A stretch of DNA of 64,000 nucleotides from Alphaproteobacteria bacterium (GCA_965232515.1 CBDDPY010000002.1:2656001-2720000), one strand, 5' to 3'. Positions 1 to 9,190 are shown, numbered from the stretch's first letter. Made by a program: numbers and translations. The notes: generated by a model from the sequence alone, not told the origin.

Positions 1-216
1 CGCGCCGCCGTTCTCGCCGGCGCGGTCGATCACACCGGCCACAGCGAAGGGACGACGCTGGGTCTCGCCTTCGTGCTGCTGGAAGGCATCGGCGCGCTCG
101 GCGCGGTGCTCGCCGGTATCGCGGCGGGGCTCTCGTGGCCGCACATGTTCGGCCTCGCCGCCGCCTTCTCGCTCGGCGCCGCAGCGCTGGGCTTCATCAC
201 GTTCTTCCGGCGCTAG
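1..216 (+). CDS. MFS transporter, C-terminal fragment (5' truncated by window)
   Basis: Frame 1 open from base 1 to TAG 214-216: ...GTTLGLAFVLLEGIGALGAVLAGIAAGLSWPHMFGLAAAFSLGAAALGFITFFRR*, two hydrophobic helices typical of MFS TM11-12; not in ORF track. Confidence 0.6.
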   Translation, partial: RAAVLAGAVDHTGHSEGTTLGLAFVLLEGIGALGAVLAGIAAGLSWPHMFGLAAAFSLGAAALGFITFFRR

Positions 217-253
217 GCGACTTCCGACGGGCTGCTCGAGGCGGCGATCGCCG

Positions 254-1162
254 TCAGGCCGCGTCCCAAACCGGGGGATTGCCGATCTTGTCCAGCAGGA
301 AGTCGATGAAGGTTCTGACTTTCGCGGTGAGCACGTTCGATTGCGGATAGATGAGCCACAGGGCCGCGCGATCGTCGATCTCGTATGCCGGCAGGACGCG
401 GACAAGCGAACCGTCGGCGATTTCGCGATGCACGCTCCACAGCGAATTCATCGAAATGCCCGCGCCCGCTGTTGTCGCCACTTTCTGACTCAAGCCGTCG
501 TCGACAACCAGCCGGCATCCGGCCCGGCGTGGATCGAACTGTGCCGGTGTACCGTCAGGCCCGATCAGCCGTTTGGGCGACAGGTCCCGGAACCCGACCA
601 GCTGATGCATGGCGAGGTCGTCGGGATGGCGCGGCAAGCCTTGGCGGTCGAGATAGTCGGGCGAGGCACAGAGAATCCGCCGGTCATCGGCAAGCTTGCG
701 CGCCTTGAGGCTGCTGTCGCTGAGCGCCGCGTTGCGCAGGGCGAGGTCGAAGCTGCCCTCGATAAGATCGAATGGCGTGTCGGACAGCCGCAGGTCGAGA
801 CTGAGATCGGGGTGACGCACCAGGAATTCAGGCAAAAGCGGCGCGATATAGAGGTGGGCGAAGGTGCTGGGCGCCGCGAACCGCAAGGTACCCGTCGCGG
901 CCGCGCTTTCGAGCCCCAGTGCCGCGCGCGCCGCGCTTTCCTGCGCGAGGATCTCCCTGGCGTAGGGAAGGAATTCGGCGCCGTCCAGCGACAACGCCAC
1001 CTTTCGGGTGGAGCGGTGCAGCAATTCCGCCCCCAGCGTTCGTTCCAGCTTCGCGAGCCTGGCGCTGGCCACGGCCGGGGCCAGGCCGAGCGCCCGGCCG
1101 GCGCCGCTGATATTGAGCTGTTCCGCCGCGAGGACGAAGAGCCGCAGGCTGTCTGAATCCAT
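254..1162 (-). CDS. LysR-family transcriptional regulator (CrgA/DmlR-like)
   Basis: N-terminal HTH (LNISGAGRALGLAPAVASARLAKLERTLGAELLHRSTRKVALS), substrate-binding domain ending AKVRTFIDFL; divergent from DUF1330/SDR across an AT-rich spacer. Confidence 0.95.
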   Translation of the reverse strand: MDSDSLRLFVLAAEQLNISGAGRALGLAPAVASARLAKLERTLGAELLHRSTRKVALSLDGAEFLPYAREILAQESAARAALGLESAAATGTLRFAAPSTFAHLYIAPLLPEFLVRHPDLSLDLRLSDTPFDLIEGSFDLALRNAALSDSSLKARKLADDRRILCASPDYLDRQGLPRHPDDLAMHQLVGFRDLSPKRLIGPDGTPAQFDPRRAGCRLVVDDGLSQKVATTAGAGISMNSLWSVHREIADGSLVRVLPAYEIDDRAALWLIYPQSNVLTAKVRTFIDFLLDKIGNPPVWDAA

Positions 1163-1288
1163 CGATTATATCGAAAAACCGAATTTAGAACTCGAAAATA
1201 TGATCTTTATATAGAAAAAACAATAATTAGGTTGAGCGGTGAGCCCCGGACAGGTTGGGCCTCACTTCAAGATCCAAGGGAGACACCC

Positions 1289-1591
1289 ATGACCTACTAT
1301 TCCGTCCTCGCCGTCACCCCCACCAGCGAGAGCTGGATCCCGGACTATATCGGTCCGGCGAATGCGCTGGTCGCCAAGCATGGCGGCAAATATCTCGCCC
1401 GGACGGCCAGCCACGAACGCCTCGAAGGCGACGGCGAAAGCGCCGCGCTGCGCATCATCATCCAGTGGCCCTCGAAGGAAGCCGCACAGGCCTTCATGAG
1501 CGATCCTGCGTATCTGCCGCATCTGGAGGCCCGGACCGCTGGCTCGAACAGCCACCACTTCCTGATCGAAGGCAAGGACGACCTCGCCTGA
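1289..1591 (+). CDS. DUF1330 domain protein
   Basis: MTYYSVLAV...KHGGKYLAR...LEG...IIQWPSKEAAQAF..DPAY motif; SD AAGGGAG before ATG 1289. Confidence 0.85.
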   Translation: MTYYSVLAVTPTSESWIPDYIGPANALVAKHGGKYLARTASHERLEGDGESAALRIIIQWPSKEAAQAFMSDPAYLPHLEARTAGSNSHHFLIEGKDDLA

Positions 1592-1681
1592 CGGCTATTG
1601 TTGCGCATCGATGAGACGACCGATGGCACGCTCTGCGACGAACGGCGCCATTTCCTGAACCAACGCTCAGACGGCAAGACC

Positions 1682-2485
1682 ATGCAAAAGACGATTCTCA
1701 TTACCGGGTCGACCGACGGCATCGGGCTGGAAACGGCCAAGATGCTGGTCTCGGCGGGTCACCACGTGCTGCTGCACGGTCGCAATCCGGCGAAGCTGGC
1801 GGATGTGGAAAAGTCGCTGTCCGCGTTGCCGGATGGCGGGCTCGTCGAAAGCCATGTGGCCGATCTGTCCAACATGGCCGATGTGGCGGCGCTCGCGGTG
1901 GCCGTGGCCGATAAGCACGCGACGCTCGATGTGCTGATCAATAATGCGGGTGTCTATAAGACGCCCGATCCGATCACGCGGGACGGGCTCGATGTGCGGT
2001 TCGCGGTCAATACGATCGCCCCTTACCTGCTGACGAAACGGCTTCTGCCCGTGATGAAAGCGGACGGGCGGGTAATCAATCTGTCGTCGGCGGCGCAGGC
2101 GCCGGTCGATCCACAAGCGCTGACCGGACAGGTCAGGTTGGCCGATATGGAGGCGTATGCGCAAAGCAAGCTGGCGCTGACGATGTGGTCGCGCGCCATG
2201 GGGCTCGAGGAAAGCGGTCCAATCATCGTCGCGGTCAATCCCGGATCGCTGCTCGGCAGCAAGATGGTGAAGGAAGGCTTTGGCGTCGCCGGCGGCGATA
2301 TCCGCATCGGCGCCGAGATTCTGACCCGCGCGGCGCTGGCGGACGAATTCGCGACCGCGTCCGGCCAATATTTCGACAACGACTCAGGCGATTTCGCCAC
2401 ACCCCATCCCGACGCCACCGATCCGCGGAAATCGGAAGAGATCGTGCGTACGATCGAGACGGTTTTGGCTGAGCTAATGCCATAG
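1682..2485 (+). CDS. SDR family NAD(P)-dependent oxidoreductase
   Basis: TGSTDGIG, NNAG, YAQSK motifs. Confidence 0.92.
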   Translation: MQKTILITGSTDGIGLETAKMLVSAGHHVLLHGRNPAKLADVEKSLSALPDGGLVESHVADLSNMADVAALAVAVADKHATLDVLINNAGVYKTPDPITRDGLDVRFAVNTIAPYLLTKRLLPVMKADGRVINLSSAAQAPVDPQALTGQVRLADMEAYAQSKLALTMWSRAMGLEESGPIIVAVNPGSLLGSKMVKEGFGVAGGDIRIGAEILTRAALADEFATASGQYFDNDSGDFATPHPDATDPRKSEEIVRTIETVLAELMP

Positions 2486-2615
2486 CCAGAATACGATCGG
2501 CGCGCCGGCGCGCGGCGGCGGGCTGACGCCGCGTCGCAGACGCCTAAGCGGCCGGAACTCGGACGCGTGGCTGTTCACTCACTGGCGAAACAAAGCGCGC
2601 TCGCAGCGCAATTCG

Positions 2616-3182
2616 TCACTGCAATCTAAACCTGCGGCGTCGGCGGATCGATGTCCCGACGACGCCCGCCAGGCCCACGCCAAACAAAAGCAACGTTGCC
2701 GGTTCCGGTACGGCCGTCTTGCGTTCGAAATCATGAGAAGGACCCACGTCGACAGTCCGGCCAAAAGCTATCAAAGACCAACCCGCGTTAAATTCACCGA
2801 TGCTGAGCAAATCTGAGGCTCCTGCAAACTCTATGTTTGAACTGCTGGTGACGTCATGGAATGAAACGACCTCGCCCATGGCATTCGTCAAGACGCCGTC
2901 GGTTGCGGGTTCAACGGCACCAGTCAAATCGAAGGATGAACCGTTAAGGGAGATCATGAGACTGCCGGGCATTCCGGCGTTTGCGATTTCGTTGAACGAA
3001 ATAAAGGCATCGTTCCCAAGCAGGCTTTCGTCGAGGAAGAGCATGCCCGTGTGGGCCGGATTGCCCGTGTTGTCATTGAGGTTGAAATTGTATCCGATAA
3101 GATTTGCTTGCGCGGTCTGCAAAAAGCCAAAGAGAAATAGAAAGGAAGCTGCGAAAAGCGCGACTGCAGGTCTTGCCGTCAT
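2616..3182 (-). CDS. PEP-CTERM sorting domain surface protein
   Basis: Signal peptide ending AQA; C-terminus VPEPATLLLFGVGLAGVVGTSIRRRRRF (PEP motif, TM helix, basic tail); lower GC than flanks (28/60 G+C at 3061-3120). Confidence 0.9.
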   Translation of the reverse strand: MTARPAVALFAASFLFLFGFLQTAQANLIGYNFNLNDNTGNPAHTGMLFLDESLLGNDAFISFNEIANAGMPGSLMISLNGSSFDLTGAVEPATDGVLTNAMGEVVSFHDVTSSSNIEFAGASDLLSIGEFNAGWSLIAFGRTVDVGPSHDFERKTAVPEPATLLLFGVGLAGVVGTSIRRRRRFRLQ

Positions 3183-3239
3183 TTTTATTTCTCCCGAGCG
3201 CGGCGCCGCATTCTGAGCGGAGCTTTTGCAACCGCCATT

Positions 3240-3269
3240 GATTGAGCGATAATCGATTGAGCGATAATC
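3240..3269. repeat. Perfect 15-bp tandem duplication GATTGAGCGATAATC x2
   Basis: Read directly at 3240-3254 and 3255-3269. Confidence 0.9.
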
Positions 3270-3468
3270 AGAGCACGCCTATTCAACCGCGTCAATGTGA
3301 CCCAATGTAATGCAACTTTGAGGCGTAGCCGGAAGTGGTTGGTGAGCGTCCAGTGGCCCACCGTCGCGCACTTGACGGTGAACTCATAGATCCTGTTCGC
3401 CGGTCTGGGCGTGGCGCGTTGGCGCGCCGACGCGATTAAACCGCACAACCATGTTGGAATGACGTTCC

Positions 3469-3855
3469 ATGATCGACCATATGGGTATCACCGTCAGCGA
3501 CATCCAAACCAGCAAGGCGTTCTACGCCGAAGCGCTGGGGGCCCTGGGCTACGTCCTGTGCAAGAACGACCCGAACACGGTGAGTTTTGGCGTTCGGCAG
3601 GGACACGGCAAGAGCACCGATCCGGCGGGCGAATTCTGGTTATCGCATGGCGCGCCGATGACCCCTCGGGTCCACATCGCATTCAGCGCGGCGTCACGGT
3701 CGGATGTCGATGCCTTCTTCGCGGCCGGCATGGCCGCCGGCGGAATTGAGCACGGAAAACCGAACCTCCGCACGCACTATCATCCCGATTACTACGCGGC
3801 CTATTTGCTGGATCCAGACGGCTACAACATAGAGGCGGTTTGCCATACGAAGTGA
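3469..3855 (+). CDS. VOC (glyoxalase/bleomycin resistance) family protein
   Basis: MIDHMGITVSD...FYAEAL...HIAF...YYAAYLLDPDGYNIEAVCH. Confidence 0.92.
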   Translation: MIDHMGITVSDIQTSKAFYAEALGALGYVLCKNDPNTVSFGVRQGHGKSTDPAGEFWLSHGAPMTPRVHIAFSAASRSDVDAFFAAGMAAGGIEHGKPNLRTHYHPDYYAAYLLDPDGYNIEAVCHTK

Positions 3856-3973
3856 CACGCCGCTAAGGCCTCGGGCGACGTTCCGCAGACCAACCGCAAG
3901 CCTTTCAGATCGGGTTGCGCGGCCCCCCCCCCCGGCTCCAACGTCCGCCACGCCGGCCGTGTCATCGCCTGGG

Positions 3974-4306
3974 TTAGGCCTTGGTCCAGACCGCCAGCTC
4001 GTTGCCGGAGGGGTCGGTGAAGTGGAAGCGGCGGCCGCCGGGGAAGTCGTGACGGTTGGTGATCCGGCCGCCGGCGTCGATGACCGCTTTCTCGGCCGCG
4101 GCCAGATCGTCGGCGTAGAGGATGATCAGGGCGCCGCCACCCGGTGGCGCCGTGTCGGCGGGACGGAAACCGCCTTCGAGGCCGGCGTTCGAGAAGGCCG
4201 TGTAGTCCGTGCCCCAGTCCTCGAAGGTCCAGCCGAACGCGGCGCCGTAGAAGGCCTTCATAGCGGCCATGTCCGTCGCCGGCAGTTCCACGTAGTCGAT
4301 CTTCAT
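3974..4306 (-). CDS. VOC family protein
   Basis: MKIDYVELPATD...FYGAAFGWTF...PGGRRFHFTDPSGNELAVW; strong SD AAGGAGG places the start at ATG 4306. Confidence 0.92.
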   Translation of the reverse strand: MKIDYVELPATDMAAMKAFYGAAFGWTFEDWGTDYTAFSNAGLEGGFRPADTAPPGGGALIILYADDLAAAEKAVIDAGGRITNRHDFPGGRRFHFTDPSGNELAVWTKA

Positions 4307-4319
4307 GTCCACCTCCTTT

Positions 4320-4334
4320 GTTCGCTTTTTGTTC
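4320..4334 (-). promoter_or_regulatory. Alphaproteobacterial LexA (SOS) box GAAC-N7-GAAC
   Basis: + strand GTTC-GCTTTTT-GTTC, immediately upstream of the SD of the VOC gene at 3974-4306. Confidence 0.75.
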
Positions 4335-4392
4335 CTATCACATCAATCCTTCAGGCGGAAGGACCGGGTCCGCCCAAACCCGAAAATCCGGA

Positions 4393-4406
4393 TTGACGCA
4401 AATCAA
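4393..4406. promoter_or_regulatory. FNR/FixK-type box TTGAC-N4-ATCAA
   Basis: TTGACGCAAATCAA in the divergent intergenic region. Confidence 0.7.
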
Positions 4407-4510
4407 TGAAGGCGCGCGGCCGCGGCGCGGATGCTTGCTTGCCGGCCCTGCCGTTGCCCGGGTCATGCGGGCTATCGTGGTGGCCGACGCACTTGTCTGG
4501 GGGAACGCCG

Positions 4511-4702
4511 TTGCAAAAGGCCGCTCTTTACACCGCCGGCATCTTCTTCGCCGTTGGCGCCATCGTGCATGCGATCCGGTTGGTCACCGGCTTCGGAATC
4601 GTGGTCGGCACGATTACCGTGCCGGTGTGGGTGTCGATCCCCGCGTTGCTGGCCGGGGTTCTGCTCGCCATCTGGATGGCGGTCGCGGCGCGGCGTTCCT
4701 AG
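4511..4702 (+). CDS. Small two-TM membrane protein (63 aa)
   Basis: TTG start after GGGGAA; MQKAALYTAGIFFAVGAIVHAIRLVTGFGIVVGTITVPVWVSIPALLAGVLLAIWMAVAARRS. Confidence 0.7.
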   Translation: MQKAALYTAGIFFAVGAIVHAIRLVTGFGIVVGTITVPVWVSIPALLAGVLLAIWMAVAARRS

Positions 4703-4729
4703 ACGGCGCGGCAGCTCGACGCGCCCGAC

Positions 4730-6616
4730 ATGGAACGCCGCCTCGCCACGATCCTGGTCGCCGACGTGGTCGGCTACAGCCGGCTGATGGAGGCGGACGA
4801 GGAAGCGACGGTCGCGGCGCTGACCGCCTGCCGGGATCTGATCGGCGAGCGGGTCGCCTGGCATCGCGGCCGGGTGTTCGGCAGCGCCGGCGACAGCGTG
4901 GTGGCCGAATTCGCCAGCCCGGTCGAGGCGGTGCGCTGCGCCGTCGACATCCAGCGCGACCAGGAAGCGCGGAACGCGGGCCTGCCCGAGGGGCGGCGCA
5001 TGCGCCTGCGCATCGGCGTCAATCTGGGCGACGTGATCGACGAGGACGGCGACCTGCTGGGCGACGGCGTAAACGTCGCGGCGCGTCTGGAAGCGCTGAC
5101 CGACGCCGGCGGCGTCTTTGTTTCCGGCACGGTGTTCGACCAGGTCAGGAAGCAGCCGGATCTCGGTTTCGAATATCTCGGCGAGCACGCGGTGAAGAAC
5201 ATCGCCGAACCCGTGCCGGTCTATCGCGTGCTGACCTCGGCAGCAGCCGCCGGCAAGGTCGTCGGCGATGGCAAGCGCGCGAAGCATTCCTGGCGCGGGC
5301 CGGCAGCGGTAGCGGCGCTGGCAGTCGTGCTGGCCGGCATGGGCGCCGCGGCCGTCTGGTGGCGGCCCTGGACGCCGACGGTGGAGCCGGCCGTGGTCGA
5401 GCGCATGGCGCTGCCGTTGCCGGACAGGCCGTCCATCGTCGTGCTGCCGTTCGAGAACCTGAGCGGCGATGCCGGCCAGAACCACGTGGCCGACGGCATC
5501 ACCGAGGACATCATCACGGCGCTGTCGCAGATCTCGCGGCTGTTCGTCATCGCCCGGAATTCCAGCTTCGCCTACAAGGGCAAGGCGGCGAGCGTGCGGC
5601 AGGTGGCCGAGGATCTGGGCGTCCGCTACGTCCTGGAAGGCAGCGTCCGGACGTCGGGCGAGCAGGTGCGCATCACGGCCCAGCTGATCGACGCCGTGGA
5701 CGGCATGCATCTGTGGACCGAGCGCTACGACCGCGACATGACCGAGCTGTTCGCCATGCAGGACGAGATCACCGACCGGATCGTCGTCGCTCTGCGCATC
5801 AAGCTCACCACCGGCGAGGAGACCCGCGTCCACCGCAAGCACACCCGGAGCCTCGAGGCCTGGCACCTGCTCGGCCGCGGCGCCGAGCACTTCTACCGCG
5901 TCAACAAGGCGGACAATGCCGCCGCGCGCGAACGTTTCGAGCAGGCCATCGCGGTCGACGAGGGCTATGCGCTCGCCCATGTGATGCTGGCCTGGACCCA
6001 TTGGCAGGATGGTTTTCAGGGCTGGAGCGACGATCGCGCAGGGTCCTTCGCGCTGGCCGCGTCGCTGGCCGAAAAAGCCCGAACGCTCGACGACACCCTG
6101 CCCGACGTCCACGCGTTGCAGGGCATGATCCACCTGTCGCAACGGGAATATGACGCCGCCGTCGCGGCGGCCGAGCGGGCCGTCGCCGGCAATCCGAACC
6201 ACGCGACCAACGTGGGCCTGCTGGCCCTGATCCTGCGCAATGCGGGCCGGCCGCAGGACGCGATCCGCCGGTACAGGACGGCGATGCGCCTGAGCCCCTA
6301 CTATCCGCCCTGGTTTCTGGAAGACCTGGGCTTCGCCTATCTCGACGCGGCACAGCCCGAGGAAGCGCTGATCGCGTTCGAAAAATTCCTCGAGCGCAAA
6401 CCCGACCCGGTGCACGTTGCCCATGCGCATATGGGGCGCGCGCTGGCCTTCCACAGCCTCGGACGGGACGACACGGCGCGGGCCGAGGTGGCCAAGGCCG
6501 TCGAGGCCGATCCCGGCATTTCGTCGAGCCATTTCGGCGAACACGGGCTGAGCCGGGACAGCGCGGAGCTGGCGCGGGCGCTGGCCATCCTGCGCGACCT
6601 CGGGCTGCCGGAGTGA
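4730..6616 (+). CDS. Class III adenylate/guanylate cyclase with TM, TolB-like and TPR domains
   Basis: ADVVGYSRL, AGDSV, RIGVNLGDV, GDGVNVAARLE; then PSIVVLPFENLS...ADGITEDII...VIARNSSFAYKG; TPR repeats. Confidence 0.93.
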   Translation: MERRLATILVADVVGYSRLMEADEEATVAALTACRDLIGERVAWHRGRVFGSAGDSVVAEFASPVEAVRCAVDIQRDQEARNAGLPEGRRMRLRIGVNLGDVIDEDGDLLGDGVNVAARLEALTDAGGVFVSGTVFDQVRKQPDLGFEYLGEHAVKNIAEPVPVYRVLTSAAAAGKVVGDGKRAKHSWRGPAAVAALAVVLAGMGAAAVWWRPWTPTVEPAVVERMALPLPDRPSIVVLPFENLSGDAGQNHVADGITEDIITALSQISRLFVIARNSSFAYKGKAASVRQVAEDLGVRYVLEGSVRTSGEQVRITAQLIDAVDGMHLWTERYDRDMTELFAMQDEITDRIVVALRIKLTTGEETRVHRKHTRSLEAWHLLGRGAEHFYRVNKADNAAARERFEQAIAVDEGYALAHVMLAWTHWQDGFQGWSDDRAGSFALAASLAEKARTLDDTLPDVHALQGMIHLSQREYDAAVAAAERAVAGNPNHATNVGLLALILRNAGRPQDAIRRYRTAMRLSPYYPPWFLEDLGFAYLDAAQPEEALIAFEKFLERKPDPVHVAHAHMGRALAFHSLGRDDTARAEVAKAVEADPGISSSHFGEHGLSRDSAELARALAILRDLGLPE

Positions 6617-6641
6617 ACGTCTTGTCAGGCGTTGCGCGGCG

Positions 6642-7832
6642 TCAAGCGCCGACCGGAACCTGCCGCTGCTCGCGCCGGAGGAACCAGAGCGTCAGGCCGG
6701 CAGCCGTGATCAGCAGCGGCGCGGCGCCGATGTTGACGGCGGTCCAGCCGAGGCCATTCAAGAGGCCGGCCGACGCGAAGGAAGCGGCGGCGGCGATGCC
6801 GGCGATGCCCATCTCAGCGAGACCCTGGACTCGGCCGCGTTCCTCGGGCCGGTGGGCGCCGGCGATCATGGCGGTGCCGGCGACATACATGAAGTTCCAA
6901 CCGACGCCGAGGAGCGCCAGCGCGACGCCGAAGTTGAGGAAGTCGATGCCGGCGGCGGCGACGGCGGCGCTGAGGCCGAGGATCACGGCGCCGACGAGGC
7001 CGACGCCCGGCGCGCCGTAACGGTCGACCAGCCGGCCGGTGAAGAAGGCCGGCAGGAACATGCCCAGCACATGCCACTGGATCACGGTGGCGGCATCGCC
7101 GACGCCGAAGCCGCAGGCGACCATGGCGAGCGGGGTCGCCAGCATGAACAGGATCATCACGCCATGCGCGATGCCGGCGTTGGCCATGGCGGCGATGAAA
7201 ATGGGCTGGCGCAGGATTTCGCCGAGCGGCCGACCGCCGCCCGCTTCCGGCGCCGCGTCGGGTATCCGCTCGACCAGCGCGGCGATGAGTGCGACCGAGG
7301 CCAGGCTCAGGGCCGACACGGCGAAGAACGAACCGGCGAACAGCACGGGCGCGAACAGGTCCTTCGACCAGACCGACAGCGTCGGCGCCGCCAGGGCGGC
7401 GAGCACGCCACCCGCCATCACGGTGGAGACGGCGCGGCCGCGCCGCTCGGGCGCGACGGCGTCGGTGGCGGCCAACCGGTAGTACTGGCCGATGGCCTGG
7501 TAGGCGCCGAGGATGGCGTTGCCGGCGCAGAACATGACGAAGTCGCCGGCGAAAATGGCCTGCGCGCAGACCGCGCCGCCGATCAGACCGGCGAGCGCGC
7601 CCAGGTGAAAGCCAGCGCGGCGGCCGAAGCGCTGCATCAGCAATGATGCCGGTCGGGTGACGAAGATGGTGGTCAGCGCCAGGATGCCGGCCGGCAGCGT
7701 TGCCAGCGCCTTGTGCGCGGCCAGCATCTGACCGACCAGGCCCGACATGGTGATGCCGATCATCAGCGCACCCCAGAACAGCGCCTGACAGGCGGCGAGC
7801 AGCCAAACGTTGCGTTCTTCGCGCAGGTTCAT
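6642..7832 (-). CDS. MFS transporter
   Basis: 12 hydrophobic segments; QRFGRR, YRLAATD, IQWHVLGMFLPAFFTG motifs. Confidence 0.92.
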   Translation of the reverse strand: MNLREERNVWLLAACQALFWGALMIGITMSGLVGQMLAAHKALATLPAGILALTTIFVTRPASLLMQRFGRRAGFHLGALAGLIGGAVCAQAIFAGDFVMFCAGNAILGAYQAIGQYYRLAATDAVAPERRGRAVSTVMAGGVLAALAAPTLSVWSKDLFAPVLFAGSFFAVSALSLASVALIAALVERIPDAAPEAGGGRPLGEILRQPIFIAAMANAGIAHGVMILFMLATPLAMVACGFGVGDAATVIQWHVLGMFLPAFFTGRLVDRYGAPGVGLVGAVILGLSAAVAAAGIDFLNFGVALALLGVGWNFMYVAGTAMIAGAHRPEERGRVQGLAEMGIAGIAAAASFASAGLLNGLGWTAVNIGAAPLLITAAGLTLWFLRREQRQVPVGA

Positions 7833-7852
7833 GGCATTGGTCTCCTCATCTT

Positions 7853-7936
7853 GTCATCACCGGGCTTGACCCGGTGATCCAGTTTGGTGCCGGGGGCAAA
7901 CGCCGCCTGGATTGCCGGATCACGTCCGGCAATGAC
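7853..7936. repeat. REP-like doublet (GTCAT..CGGGCTTGACCCG..ATCCA family), inverted pair
   Basis: Units 7853-7881 and 7908-7936, each an internal hairpin; homologous to 9104-9190. Confidence 0.85.
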
Positions 7937-7961
7937 GACGGGGCGGTCTCTGTTCCAAGGC

Positions 7962-8990
7962 CTACGACGCCCGCGCCGCCGGGGCCTGGAAGCGGTGGCG
8001 GTAGTCCTGGGGCGAGACGTTCAGTTGGCGGTGGAAGACGCGGCGCATGGTCTCGACATGGCCGAAGCCGCAGCGTTCGGCGATCAGCGTCAGGGGCGCG
8101 GCGCTGTCCTCGAGTGCCCGTCGGGCGGCGTCGAGGCGGGCGTGCTCGACGAACTTCGCGGGCGTCGAACCGGTCTCGCCGGCGAACACGCGGGCGAAAT
8201 TGCGCGGGCTCATGCCGGCGCGGTCGGCGAGCGCTTCGACCGAGAGATCGGCGGCGAGGTTGTCGAGGATCCAGTCCTGAAGGTCGCGGAGCGGCGCCCG
8301 TTCGGCGGCCTGCGCCTCCAGGTGCGCGCTGAACTGCGACTGGCCGCCGGGGCGCTTCAGGAAGGCGACGATCTCACGCGCGGCGGCGAGCGCCATGCGG
8401 CGGCCGCAATCCTCGTCCAGCAGGGCGAGCGCCAGGTCCATGCCGGCGCTGACGCCGGCCGAGGTATAGACGGGGCCGTCGCGGACGTGGAGCGCGTCCG
8501 CCTCGACGGCGACGGTGGGATAGACGTCGGCCAGCTCGCCGCAATGCCGCCAGTGCGTCGTCGCCCGCCGGCCGTCGAGCAGGCCGGCCGCGGCGATGAC
8601 GAAGGCGCCGGTGCAGATCGAGCCGATGCGGCGCACGTGCGGCGCCATGGCGCGCAGCCAGTCGAGGACATGGCCGTCACGCTCGAGCGCAACCCGGCCA
8701 TCGCCGCCGGCGACCAGCAGCGTGTCGAGGCCGTCGCTGACCTGATCGATGCCGCGGGACGCGACCAGATCGAAGCCGGCCGACATCCGCACCGGCCCGG
8801 CCTCAGGCGCGATGATCTCGGTGATGTAACTGATCCGCGGGGCCGGATCGTCGTCGGCCATGAACCGCCGCATGTAGCGGCTGGCCGAGGCGAAGACCTG
8901 CAGCGGCCCGATCACGTCCAGGCTGTTGGCGTCGGGGTAGGCAAGCACGGCGATATGCCGGGTCGGCCAGCGGTTCGAGGCTGTCGGCAT
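7962..8990 (-). CDS. GlxA-family transcriptional regulator (DJ-1/PfpI + AraC HTH)
   Basis: SICTGAF, GRRATTHW, TSAGVSAGMD, RPGGQSQFS, C-terminal AraC HTH. Confidence 0.94.
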   Translation of the reverse strand: MPTASNRWPTRHIAVLAYPDANSLDVIGPLQVFASASRYMRRFMADDDPAPRISYITEIIAPEAGPVRMSAGFDLVASRGIDQVSDGLDTLLVAGGDGRVALERDGHVLDWLRAMAPHVRRIGSICTGAFVIAAAGLLDGRRATTHWRHCGELADVYPTVAVEADALHVRDGPVYTSAGVSAGMDLALALLDEDCGRRMALAAAREIVAFLKRPGGQSQFSAHLEAQAAERAPLRDLQDWILDNLAADLSVEALADRAGMSPRNFARVFAGETGSTPAKFVEHARLDAARRALEDSAAPLTLIAERCGFGHVETMRRVFHRQLNVSPQDYRHRFQAPAARAS

Positions 8991-9041
8991 GTCGGTCTCC
9001 CACGGGCGTCGGTTTCGCCGGCATCATGCCCGCTGAAGCGC

Positions 9042-9080
9042 TCTGGCAGCAATGTCAAATATCCCACGATTTCTGCCAGA
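9042..9080. promoter_or_regulatory. Inverted repeat TCTGGCAG-N23-CTGCCAGA upstream of the GlxA-type regulator (candidate operator)
   Basis: 8-bp perfect arms, 52 bp upstream of the start codon. Confidence 0.45.
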
Positions 9081-9103
9081 TGCTTGGTCGGCATCGATGC
9101 CGC

Positions 9104-9190
9104 TGGATGCCCGAGTAAAGCCCGGGCATGACGTTAAGGCTCTGATATTGTGCATCTATTTGTCATTGCCGGGCTTGACTCGGCAATCCA
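9104..9190. repeat. REP-like doublet (same family as 7853-7936)
   Basis: TGGATGCCCGAGTAAAGCCCGGGCATGAC (9104-9132) and GTCATTGCCGGGCTTGACTCGGCAATCCA (9162-9190). Confidence 0.85.
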
